DNA of 64,000 nucleotides from Acidimicrobiia bacterium (GTDB lineage Bacteria > Actinomycetota > Acidimicrobiia > IMCC26256 > JAENVU01): the NCBI GenBank assembly GCA_025361725.1, contig JANYJV010000073.1, positions 1,079-65,078 of the forward strand. Direction: 5' to 3'. The notes below the pieces were generated by a model, which was not told the origin of the DNA, ran no database searches, and saw nothing but the letters and a program-made list of their open reading frames with translations. Shown one piece after another: positions 53,565-62,930 of this stretch (position 1 is the first letter of the stretch; every line of letters starts with the position of its first letter). Position numbers and translations under genes: made by a program.

Positions 53565-54338
53565 ATGCCCGACACCGCCTCCGACATGCGTGAGTGGGGC
53601 CTGCCGCGGTCCGGCGAGTTCGACCGCGTGGTGATCCTCTCGCCCCATCTGGATGATGCGGTGCTGGGATGCGGTCGGTTCATGGCGGCCCATCCCGGGG
53701 TCACCGTCGTCACGGTCTACGCGGGAGCGCCTGACCGATATCCCGGCCCGATGACGCCGTGGGACACGAAGTCCGGGTTCCGGACCGGGGACGACGTCCT
53801 TGACGCACGGCGGAAGGAAGACGCGCTTGCGCTGGGTGAACTCGACGCACTACCGCGCTGGTTGGACTTCGTCGAACATCAGTATCTCGATCGGTCGGAC
53901 TGGATCGGAGCGTCGGACACGTGCGATCGGCTCGAGAGCGAGCTCCGTGCACTGGACCCGACGGCGGTCTTCTTACCATTCGGTCTCGCGAATCCGGACC
54001 ACGTCGCGACGCACGAATCGGCGATGTTCGTGCGAAATCGCTATCCCGAACCGTCGTGGTTCGTGTACGAGGACTTCGGTTACCAGCACATCCCCGGCTT
54101 GCTCGCGTGGAGGGTGAGCGGCTTGTTCCGGGCCGGCGTCTGGCCCACACCCGTCGCGCTCGGCGGCGATTCGGGCGCACAGGACCAGCGGAAGCGGCGG
54201 GCGCTCGCGCACTACCAATCCCAATGCCGAGCGCTCGAAGCGGAATGGCAGTTGGCATCGAAACTGGTGGCACCCGAACAGTTGTGGCGACTCGCAGATC
54301 CGCCGGCCGGCTGGGAGGGGCTGATCGACGCCGCGTGA
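53565..54338 (+). CDS. PIG-L/LmbE-family deacetylase
   Basis: The translation contains VVILSPHLDDAVLGCG and NPDHVATH. Confidence 0.8.
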   Translation: MPDTASDMREWGLPRSGEFDRVVILSPHLDDAVLGCGRFMAAHPGVTVVTVYAGAPDRYPGPMTPWDTKSGFRTGDDVLDARRKEDALALGELDALPRWLDFVEHQYLDRSDWIGASDTCDRLESELRALDPTAVFLPFGLANPDHVATHESAMFVRNRYPEPSWFVYEDFGYQHIPGLLAWRVSGLFRAGVWPTPVALGGDSGAQDQRKRRALAHYQSQCRALEAEWQLASKLVAPEQLWRLADPPAGWEGLIDAA

Positions 54339-54360
54339 CACGAGGTCCACGCGCGCCTAG

Positions 54361-54379
54361 ATTGCACGGGTCGTGCAAT
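54361..54379. promoter_or_regulatory. ATTGCAC-N5-GTGCAAT palindrome upstream of the second secreted His/Met-rich protein gene
   Basis: Perfect 7-bp inverted repeat, 21 nt upstream of ATG 54400. It shares the core TGCAC-N5-GTGCA with 36760..36774. Confidence 0.45.
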
Positions 54380-54399
54380 CACTCCTTGGGGGAACCACC

Positions 54400-55323
54400 A
54401 TGGCCGCAACGCCCACTCTTCGCCGCCGCGCTCGATTCGCGGTCGGCGTCGCCGTCATCGCGCTGCTGACGTTCGCAGCCGTCCCCGCCCTTGCCGACAA
54501 AGGCCCCGACCACGGAGCCATGAAGGGCATGAAGGGCATGAAGGGCATGAAGCATTCCAAGACTGGGATGCAGGTGATCACGGCCGCACTGACCGGCGAC
54601 TCGCCGTGTGAGAAGTCGGGACCACCGGCGTCGGTCGGTCAGGTCAAGAAGGACGCCGAGGGTCACGACGCGCGAGGCCCGCTCGTGCAGTATTCGGTGT
54701 CCAAGGCCGACCGGGAAACATTGATCGAGCAGCAGCGTCAGGCTCGCGCCGTCGTGGACAAGTACCCCACGGTGGCCGCCGCCGAGGCAGACGGATACAA
54801 GAAGTCCACCGTGTACGTCCCGTGCATCGGTGCGCACTACACCAAGACTGCGCTCGTCGGGCACTTCGATCCGTCGACGCCGTCGGAGCTGTTGTACGAC
54901 GGCACCGCACCGGACTCCAAGATCGTCGGTCTCAGCTATCTGCTCTTCAACAAGGGCGGTCCGCCGGAAGGCTTCGCCGGCCCGAACGACCAGTGGCACC
55001 AGCACAATGCCAACGGTGGACTGTGCTTGAACGCACAGGCTGTCGTCGTCGGGAACGAGTCCACGACGAAGCAGCAGTGTGAGGCACGCGGGGGCAAGAA
55101 GGTTGGGCTGGAAGATATCTGGATGGTGCACGACTGGGTCGTGCCCGGATGGGAGTGCGGCTGGGGCGTCTTCGCCGGCGAATGCCCGGAGCTCGGCGGC
55201 CGAATCGGTGGGACGGTGTTCGATGCGCCGGACCCGAAGGCGTTCAAGAAAGCGCTCGACGGCAAGGCGAAGACCACCAGCTCTCAGAAGAGCACGTCGG
55301 GGTCTTCGGCGGGCGGCAAGTAA
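54400..55323 (+). CDS. Uncharacterised secreted protein with an MKG x3 Met/His-rich segment, paralogue of 36821..37702
   Basis: The Tat-like signal is RRRARFAVGVAVIALLTFAAVPALA. The translation contains HGAMKGMKGMKGMKHSKTGM. The conserved blocks ADGYKKS...FDPSTPSELLY, WHQHNANGGLC and WMVHDWVVPGWECGWGVFA align with the first copy. Confidence 0.7.
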   Translation: MAATPTLRRRARFAVGVAVIALLTFAAVPALADKGPDHGAMKGMKGMKGMKHSKTGMQVITAALTGDSPCEKSGPPASVGQVKKDAEGHDARGPLVQYSVSKADRETLIEQQRQARAVVDKYPTVAAAEADGYKKSTVYVPCIGAHYTKTALVGHFDPSTPSELLYDGTAPDSKIVGLSYLLFNKGGPPEGFAGPNDQWHQHNANGGLCLNAQAVVVGNESTTKQQCEARGGKKVGLEDIWMVHDWVVPGWECGWGVFAGECPELGGRIGGTVFDAPDPKAFKKALDGKAKTTSSQKSTSGSSAGGK

Positions 55324-55350
55324 CCGTCCGGTCGCTCCACCAGACTTCGT

Positions 55351-55380
55351 CGAAGGCGCAGACCTCGGTCTGCGCCTTCG
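55351..55380. terminator. GC hairpin between convergent genes
   Basis: CGAAGGCGCAGAC-CTCG-GTCTGCGCCTTCG forms a 13-bp perfect stem. Confidence 0.65.
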
Positions 55381-56109
55381 TCATGACCAGAGTCGGGTCA
55401 GGGCCGTGGCCGTTTCGTCCGCGCGCTCCCAAGCCCACCAGTGTCCAGTGTCGGGATAGACGGTGAGTTCGGCGCCAAGTCGCTGGGCCAGGCGGGTCGC
55501 AATATCAACCGGCACGAACGCGTCGTCGGCGCCATGGAACACCATTGCGGGTCGGTGCGGCATGGCGTCGACCGCCGGCTGCCACTCGGCTCCCACGTCG
55601 ATGGCGGAGCGGTACAACGCCAAGATGCACTCGGCCATCCGGGCGTCGACTCGGGGCGCCTGAATCGCCGCAAGTTCGGGCCCGGCACCTCCGGCGGCCA
55701 GCCCGGCCGCGAGATCGTCCGGTGCAGTTTCGACCAGCGCAGTCATGACCTGCTCGCCGACCTCGGCGGTCTGCATGGCCTGGGCCATCGGGTGCCACTC
55801 GTACTCCACGTCGAGGGGGCCGCTCCCCACCGCGAGGGTGCGGATCAGGTCGGGGCGCACGGATGCCACGCGTTGGCACAAGATCGCACCCCAGTCGTGG
55901 CCGACCAGATCCACGGGGTCGCCGATCTCATCGAGGCGGGCGGCAAGCCAATCCGCGTAATCCTCCTTCGTTGCGGTCCAACCGATCGGGACCTCGGTCC
56001 CGAAACCGGGAAGCGACAACCGGACCAGTTCGCGTGGACCCAGCGCGGCGGCGAGGCGATCCCACATGTGTTCGGTGTCGGGGACCCCGTGGACGAGAAC
56101 GACGGTCAT
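55381..56109 (-). CDS. Alpha/beta hydrolase
   Basis: The translation begins MTVVLVHGVPDTEHMW and contains the LVGHDWG nucleophile elbow. Start at ATG 56109. Confidence 0.8.
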   Translation of the reverse strand: MTVVLVHGVPDTEHMWDRLAAALGPRELVRLSLPGFGTEVPIGWTATKEDYADWLAARLDEIGDPVDLVGHDWGAILCQRVASVRPDLIRTLAVGSGPLDVEYEWHPMAQAMQTAEVGEQVMTALVETAPDDLAAGLAAGGAGPELAAIQAPRVDARMAECILALYRSAIDVGAEWQPAVDAMPHRPAMVFHGADDAFVPVDIATRLAQRLGAELTVYPDTGHWWAWERADETATALTRLWS

Positions 56110-56128
56110 GCGGGGTGGCCTCGTGCTT

Positions 56129-56842
56129 TCAGAAGAGGGGTGACCAGGCGGCGGTACGCAACATGCGACTCTCCCAGTCGTCACGAACTCGGAGCGCGTC
56201 GTGCATCCAGGTGCCGGGGGCCCGGTGTTCGGCGGGGACCTCGGTGGTGAGCAACCCGAGGAGTCCTGACGGTCGCGTCACTTTCTGCCACAGGACCACT
56301 TCGCGATGGCGAGCCGCGGCGCCCCACGCGGGCGTGAACACGGCTTGGAGTTCGAGCAGCGACCGACCGCCATGGCGACCCTCGGCGAGGCTCGGCGCGT
56401 AGTTGTCCCGCGCCGCTTCGAGGTATTCCTCGAGCATTCCGGCGTGGGGCCAGGCAGTGTCTTCCATGAAGAGGGTCAGGTCGTGGTCGCCGCCGTCCGT
56501 GGGGACGTGGGCGAAGTCGACGTCCTGGAGCGGTGACCACTCGGCCGGCGCGAGGGCTTTGCTCGTGACATCCCATCGGAGTTGGTCGAGTGATCGGGCC
56601 AGGCTACGGAGGTCACCGCGCTGAAGCCGCCACACCAGGCGTTCCCATGCGGCGCCGTCGCGCACGGCGGTCAGGGTGACGAAGTTGTAGGCACGGCCGG
56701 TCCCGTGGGTGAGCCGCATGAAGTAGAGCAAGCGCGCATCCTCGGTCTCGCCGAGCGTGCTCATCCACTGGTCGCGGAAGCAGGCCTCGAACTCGTCTTC
56801 GTGCGCGCCCATGACGCGGTGGACCTCATGGATGAAGAGCAT
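56129..56842 (-). CDS. NIPSNAP-like / dimeric alpha+beta-barrel protein (tentative)
   Basis: The 237-aa product consists of two similar halves. The assignment is by pattern only. Confidence 0.45.
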   Translation of the reverse strand: MLFIHEVHRVMGAHEDEFEACFRDQWMSTLGETEDARLLYFMRLTHGTGRAYNFVTLTAVRDGAAWERLVWRLQRGDLRSLARSLDQLRWDVTSKALAPAEWSPLQDVDFAHVPTDGGDHDLTLFMEDTAWPHAGMLEEYLEAARDNYAPSLAEGRHGGRSLLELQAVFTPAWGAAARHREVVLWQKVTRPSGLLGLLTTEVPAEHRAPGTWMHDALRVRDDWESRMLRTAAWSPLF

Positions 56843-56851
56843 GGGCGGACA

Positions 56852-57379
56852 CTACCGCTCGGAGTCTGCCCCCGTGATGGACGCCACGATGTCTTCGATG
56901 GCCGAATCTGCGAGCGCGCGCATCTCGTCGTCGGTGCGATCTTGGATCGGATGCGGCACGAAGATCACCGCCGGGTCGGCGCCCAGAGCGCGCGCTTGAG
57001 CGGCGGCGGCGTCGATGAACTCGGTGGAGGCGAGGAACACGCCCGCGACGCCGACCGCTTCGAGGTTCACGATGTCGTGCACACTGCACGACGTACACGA
57101 GCCTCAGTCGGCGAGGGCTTCGATCACCACGTCGCACTTGGCCGAGATCTCGTGACGGAGATCGATGGGCGCCGGTTTGGTGAACGTGGGCTTGGCGAAA
57201 CGAAGCACGGTGTGGCCGCGCCGTTCCAGATGCTCGGCGACGCGGTCGAGGAAGACATCGCCGCGCGCTTTGGTGATGTCCAACAGGCCGATCGTCTTGC
57301 CGTCCAGGCTGGACGGGCGCGGCGCCCGCTCTCGGGTCCCCGGTGCGCGTTCACTGGTGGGATCGAGCAGTGTGGTCAT
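56852..57379 (-). CDS. UGSC-motif (UxxCxxC) selenoprotein (UGA at 57104-57106 read as Sec)
   Basis: ORFs 57104..57379 and 56852..57082 are in one frame (528 nt). The translation across the junction is EALAD-[TGA]-GSCTSCSVHDIV. A perfect 8-bp hairpin lies 11 nt downstream. The ATG overlaps the upstream stop (ATGA). Confidence 0.75.
57074..57092 (-). promoter_or_regulatory. Putative bacterial SECIS hairpin for the UGSC UGA
   Basis: The RNA GUCGUGCA-GUG-UGCACGAC forms an 8-bp perfect stem with a G/U loop. It starts exactly 11 nt 3' of UGA. Confidence 0.65.
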
Positions 57380-58851
57380 GAACCGACCTCTCTCGTCACG
57401 GGTTCAGAACCCATCTTTCCACTGGCCCAGCCGCCCATGATGCCCGAGAACAGGCCGGCGCCACCACCGGCGTGGGCAATCAGGAGACCGCCGTCGCGAA
57501 ACTTTGGCAGCGTCACCCCCGCGAGGCTTTCCGGCACGCCTTCGTCGATGCCGTCGGCGCCGCGCGCCATCTCCGCGCCGGGAATCTGCAGCAGCGCTCC
57601 GAGTTCTTCGCGAAACTTCGCTTTGGACCAGCCGGCTTCTTCGTAGACGCGGAGATGGTCGGGCGTGATGATCACCATCGCGTCGAACGCGATCGGCAAC
57701 TTCGGGTGTGCCGTTGCGCGCAGACACGCGGCGAAGCTCCGAGTGAGGGACTCCGGGGTACGGGAGAGTTGGTCGACGACTCCGCGCACGCCCTCGCCGG
57801 CGAACAGGGTCACGGTGTTCTGGCTCGCCTCGTACCCGCGCTCCACGTGCATCGGCTCCCAGTACGCGTCTTCGTGCTCGGCGAAGCAGCAGGTGTACTT
57901 GCCGGGTTGCCCGAGCGTGGCGCGATCGACGTCACCCGGCCGGCCGCCACCGACGTTGCGGACGACGAGTTGCAGCGCCCGTCCGATGGTGGCATTCGCT
58001 CGATTCCCCGGCCCGAGCGCGTTGATCCCGTTGTTCATTCCGATGGCTTTGGCGATCGGTCCGTTGACGATGACGACGGGACCGCTGAACCATGTGGTGG
58101 CGAGCAGTCCGTGCATGTTGAACTCATCAGTGCACGCAGCTTCGATGGCGGCGAGCACGACCGGCAGGTACTCTGGACGGCAACCCGCCATCACCGCGTT
58201 GATCGCGACCTTCTCGACCGTGCACTCCACGAGGTCCGGCGGAATCGTGGCCACGATGTCCTGCGGATTGCGAGTGGTACCGGCGAGCATGGCCACGACA
58301 CGCGCGGGCGTCGGGGGCACGAGCGGCAGGCCGTCGGACCATCCCCGTTCGTACATGGCTTCGGCGTCGTCCTCTTCCTCGCCGAGGTCTAAACGCCGAG
58401 ACTGCAACGCCCGGTCACCGATGGCCGTGGCGCGCGCGGCGGCGACGGCCGGATCCTGGGTGCGGGATCCGCACCCAGGTCGATACGGCGGGAGGTCGAG
58501 GCCGAGTTCGTCGATGCCGGTGAACTCGGTCCAGTGGTCTCGACTCCATCCCACGGTGCGAGCGACCTCGGTGCCGTCCTCGACGCGGATCAGGGTCGGC
58601 ACGGTGTCCAGATCGAGCGAGAAGCTGACCTCGAGGTCCCGGTCGTCGATGGCACCTCCGGTGACCTCGGGGAAGTCCGGATCATCTTGGGAGAAGATCG
58701 TGACGGTCCCCGGATAGGCCGTGCGCAGTTGTGCGAGCACCGGCGCGACCAGCGTGCAGGTCGGGCAATCTCGTTTGACGATGGCGACGAGTCCGTCGGG
58801 GAGGTCGGTCTTCACACCCGGCATGCTGGCCGTGGCGGCTCGGTCACGCAA
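57376..58851 (-). CDS. Thioredoxin-fold (CPTC) domain fused to a large uncharacterised conserved domain
   Basis: The N-terminus reads VAIVKRDCPTCTLVAPVLAQL...VPTLIRVEDG. The rest contains the blocks WSDGLPLVPPT, KVAINAVMAGCRPEYLPVV and GNRANATIGRALQLVVRN. The alternative start is ATG 58824. Confidence 0.65.
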   Translation of the reverse strand: MRDRAATASMPGVKTDLPDGLVAIVKRDCPTCTLVAPVLAQLRTAYPGTVTIFSQDDPDFPEVTGGAIDDRDLEVSFSLDLDTVPTLIRVEDGTEVARTVGWSRDHWTEFTGIDELGLDLPPYRPGCGSRTQDPAVAAARATAIGDRALQSRRLDLGEEEDDAEAMYERGWSDGLPLVPPTPARVVAMLAGTTRNPQDIVATIPPDLVECTVEKVAINAVMAGCRPEYLPVVLAAIEAACTDEFNMHGLLATTWFSGPVVIVNGPIAKAIGMNNGINALGPGNRANATIGRALQLVVRNVGGGRPGDVDRATLGQPGKYTCCFAEHEDAYWEPMHVERGYEASQNTVTLFAGEGVRGVVDQLSRTPESLTRSFAACLRATAHPKLPIAFDAMVIITPDHLRVYEEAGWSKAKFREELGALLQIPGAEMARGADGIDEGVPESLAGVTLPKFRDGGLLIAHAGGGAGLFSGIMGGWASGKMGSEPVTREVGS

Positions 58852-58886
58852 ACGCGTCGGTCAGCTCGGTGCGTTCCGCTCGTCCT

Positions 58887-60047
<1,161 letters not shown>

Positions 60048-60713
60048 TTACGCGTCGGCGAGTTCGGCATCCTCGGTAGTACTGCTGTGTTCCTCGGCAT
60101 ACCAGCGGGGCCGATGCTGCGCGGCCCACGCGGTCGACACCGTTCCCCGGGTCATGCCTCGGAACGACTCGAAATCTCGAAAGGCCAGGACGATGTGGCC
60201 GAACACGGTGATCCAGATCAACCAACCGAACCATTGGTGCACGAAGTCGGCGCCGGTGCGGGTGTCGGTCCCGAAGGCCTGATTCCAGTACATGATGGAG
60301 CCGGTGAAGCCCAACACGATGGCGGCGGCGCCGACGAATACCGCGTTGAGCTTCTGACCCGGATTGAACTTGCCGAGGCGCACCGTGTCGTCACGTCCGC
60401 GTGATCGGAACCAGCGGACATCGTCGCTCGACCACCGGTTGATCCGGCTCAGGTCGCGACGGAGCGAGCGCCCCCAGCGCGGGCCGACCGCGACGGCGAA
60501 GGCCACGAGGATTCCGAGCCCGGAGTAGACGTGCACGGCGCGTACCAGGGCGCGATCCGACAACAGCGATTGGCCAAAGCCGAAATAGAACATCGCGCCG
60601 GTCGCCATCGTGATCGTGAAGAGCACCGCGTTCACCCAGTGCGCGATGCGTTCCACTTTCGTGAAACGCGCGACCCGCACGGCGGGATCAGGTTGTTTCA
60701 TCGTTGCGTCCAT
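60048..60713 (-). CDS. Cytochrome b (Ni_hydr_CYTB/MsrQ-like) membrane protein
   Basis: The translation contains RFTKVERIAHWVNAVLF and VHVYSG, with 4 TM helices carrying conserved His. Confidence 0.7.
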   Translation of the reverse strand: MDATMKQPDPAVRVARFTKVERIAHWVNAVLFTITMATGAMFYFGFGQSLLSDRALVRAVHVYSGLGILVAFAVAVGPRWGRSLRRDLSRINRWSSDDVRWFRSRGRDDTVRLGKFNPGQKLNAVFVGAAAIVLGFTGSIMYWNQAFGTDTRTGADFVHQWFGWLIWITVFGHIVLAFRDFESFRGMTRGTVSTAWAAQHRPRWYAEEHSSTTEDAELADA

Positions 60714-61386
60714 TCGATCGTCCGACCCACGCGTCGATCGAGTAGCCGCGTTCCTCCCAGTATCCGGGGATGACCTTGTCGACGACCTCGATGCCGTCGA
60801 GCCACTTCACCGACTTGTACCCGTACATCGGTGCGACGTACAAGCGGACCGGACCGCCGTGGTCACTCGAGATCGGCTTGCGATCGAGCTGGTACGCGAC
60901 CATCACGTCCTTCCGGCGGGCTTGCTCCATCGTCAAGCTCTCGGTGTACGCACCGTCGAAGCTGGTCAAGCGCAGGGCGCGGGCATGGGGTTGCACACCG
61001 GCGCGATCGAGGAGGTCGGACAGCCGTACGCCTTGCCACTTCACGCCGAGCACCCGCCAGCCGGTGACGCACTGGAAGTCACGGTCGAGTCGGGTCGGCG
61101 GTAGCGCCACGAGCTCGTCGTAGGTGAGGGTCAACGGCGTATCGACGAGTCCGTGGACCTTCAGGCGGTAGTCCGCGGTCGGGCGTTTCGGGTAGTCGCC
61201 GGTCACCGTGTAATAGCGCCATCCGCCGCCGCCCGGGAAGACCGCACTGAGTCCGGTCGGGTCGCGTTTGGCGAGCTGCTGCCACCAGTTCGAGATTGTC
61301 GAACCGGTTGCCACGCCGACGGCGCCGACACCGACGAGGCCGAGAAAAACGCGGCGACCGATCGGAGTGCCGGGCTCGTTCGTCAC
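60688..61386 (-). CDS. Tat-exported molybdopterin-dependent oxidoreductase (sulfite-oxidase/MsrP fold, short form)
   Basis: The Tat signal is GRRVFLGLVGVGAVG. The translation contains DFQCVTGWRVLGVKWQGVRL and GYKSVKWL. Confidence 0.75.
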   Translation of the reverse strand: MTNEPGTPIGRRVFLGLVGVGAVGVATGSTISNWWQQLAKRDPTGLSAVFPGGGGWRYYTVTGDYPKRPTADYRLKVHGLVDTPLTLTYDELVALPPTRLDRDFQCVTGWRVLGVKWQGVRLSDLLDRAGVQPHARALRLTSFDGAYTESLTMEQARRKDVMVAYQLDRKPISSDHGGPVRLYVAPMYGYKSVKWLDGIEVVDKVIPGYWEERGYSIDAWVGRSNGRNDETT

Positions 61387-61475
61387 ACTCTGAGGCTAGG
61401 TGCACGAGCGTGCCGCCGGCCGTCGCAGGTCCTCACGAAACTCGAAACATGTACGCGTCGCTGGAGTGCTCCCCG

Positions 61476-62906
61476 TCAGGCGAGGGCGAGCACATCCGCG
61501 AAGCCTTGCTCGAGGCAGTCCATGAAGAAGTCGTGGTCGGGGATGGCGACCGAATCCAGATTCACCCCGATGCAACAGGTTCCGCAGTTGGAAAGCAGCG
61601 TCACGTTGACCGCGGCCCCGGACAGAGGGCCGAAGGCATACATGTGCTCAAGTTTCGCACCGCCGGCATAGATCGGGAACGGCGCGCCCGGGACGTTCGA
61701 TGTGACGAAGTCGGCGCCCTTCAGCATGGCGCCGAAGACGGCGGTCGTCACGGTGGTGGGGAGTTGGTTGAGCACACCGGCGAGCGCGTCCGTCAGCGCG
61801 ACTGCCGGCTCGTTCCGCACCACCCGGGCGATCCGGCCCAGCTCGACGATCCGATCCGCGGGATCTTTGATCCGCATCGGGACCAGGAATCGCGCGGGCG
61901 TGAAGTGATTTCCTCCCATCGTCGCGCCGGCATCACGAAGGTTGATCGGCATGACCATTCGGAGTGTTTCGACCGGTTCACCATGGAACTCGTGGTAGCG
62001 AGCGAGCCCGCCGATCACCGCGGCGACGAACGCGTCGTTCAACGAACCGCCCGCCTCCTTGCCGGCGCGCTTGAGGTCGGCGAGTGACACGTCGAACACG
62101 CCGAGCCCTCGGGACAAGGTTCGGGCGCGCATGATCGGTGAGTGGGGAACGGTGGCCGGTGCGAGAAAGCGCGCGATCGAACCGCTGACCTCCACCGCGT
62201 GGGTCAACGTCTCTCGGGGGTGACGCGCAATCGCGCTGGTCCCGTTCCACAGGTCGGTGGCGGTCCGGCGGGCCATGCCGACGATCCGGCGCCGCCGATG
62301 ACTCAGCGATTTCAACACGAGATCGGTGGCCCCGAACGTGGGGATCGCCTCGACTTGGTCGAGCGGTCCGGGGTCGGGCGCCGTGCGCTCGAAGTCGAAC
62401 AACATGAGCAGCAACTTCATGCCGCCGACGCCGTCGGTCATCGAGTGGTGCACCTTCATCACGAACGCAGCCCGACCGCCTTCCAAACCTTCGACGAGGG
62501 TGTACTCCCACAGCGGGCGGGAACGATCGAACCCGGCCATCGCCGCGTTGCGCGCAATGTCGAGCACCGCGTCATCCGATGACTCGCAGGCACTGACGCG
62601 CCGGAGGTGGTACATCAGGTCGAAGTTGGCATCGCCGGACCAGTGCGGAGGTCCCATCCGCATCATCGGCGTCGCCACGCGTTGGCGCATCCGGGGAATG
62701 AGCCAGGATCCGCGTTCGATACGGCCGACGAGCGTCTCCCAATCCGGTGTCTGATCGAAGAACAGGACGGTCACGATCGTGGACCGCAGGAGCGGGTCCT
62801 TCTCGATGTTCCACATCAGCGCGTCCGAGTCGCTCATGTGGGCGTCGAACCGTTCCGCATCCTGAGGTCCGGGCACTGTGTTTCTCCCTGCGCGTGGAGC
62901 GCCCAT
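61476..62906 (-). CDS. Wax ester synthase/diacylglycerol acyltransferase (WS/DGAT)
   Basis: The active-site motif is HHSMTDGVGG. NVPGP is present. The alternative start is ATG 62837. Confidence 0.85.
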   Translation of the reverse strand: MGAPRAGRNTVPGPQDAERFDAHMSDSDALMWNIEKDPLLRSTIVTVLFFDQTPDWETLVGRIERGSWLIPRMRQRVATPMMRMGPPHWSGDANFDLMYHLRRVSACESSDDAVLDIARNAAMAGFDRSRPLWEYTLVEGLEGGRAAFVMKVHHSMTDGVGGMKLLLMLFDFERTAPDPGPLDQVEAIPTFGATDLVLKSLSHRRRRIVGMARRTATDLWNGTSAIARHPRETLTHAVEVSGSIARFLAPATVPHSPIMRARTLSRGLGVFDVSLADLKRAGKEAGGSLNDAFVAAVIGGLARYHEFHGEPVETLRMVMPINLRDAGATMGGNHFTPARFLVPMRIKDPADRIVELGRIARVVRNEPAVALTDALAGVLNQLPTTVTTAVFGAMLKGADFVTSNVPGAPFPIYAGGAKLEHMYAFGPLSGAAVNVTLLSNCGTCCIGVNLDSVAIPDHDFFMDCLEQGFADVLALA

Positions 62907-62930
62907 CGTAGGCCCGTACGGTTCCCCCCG

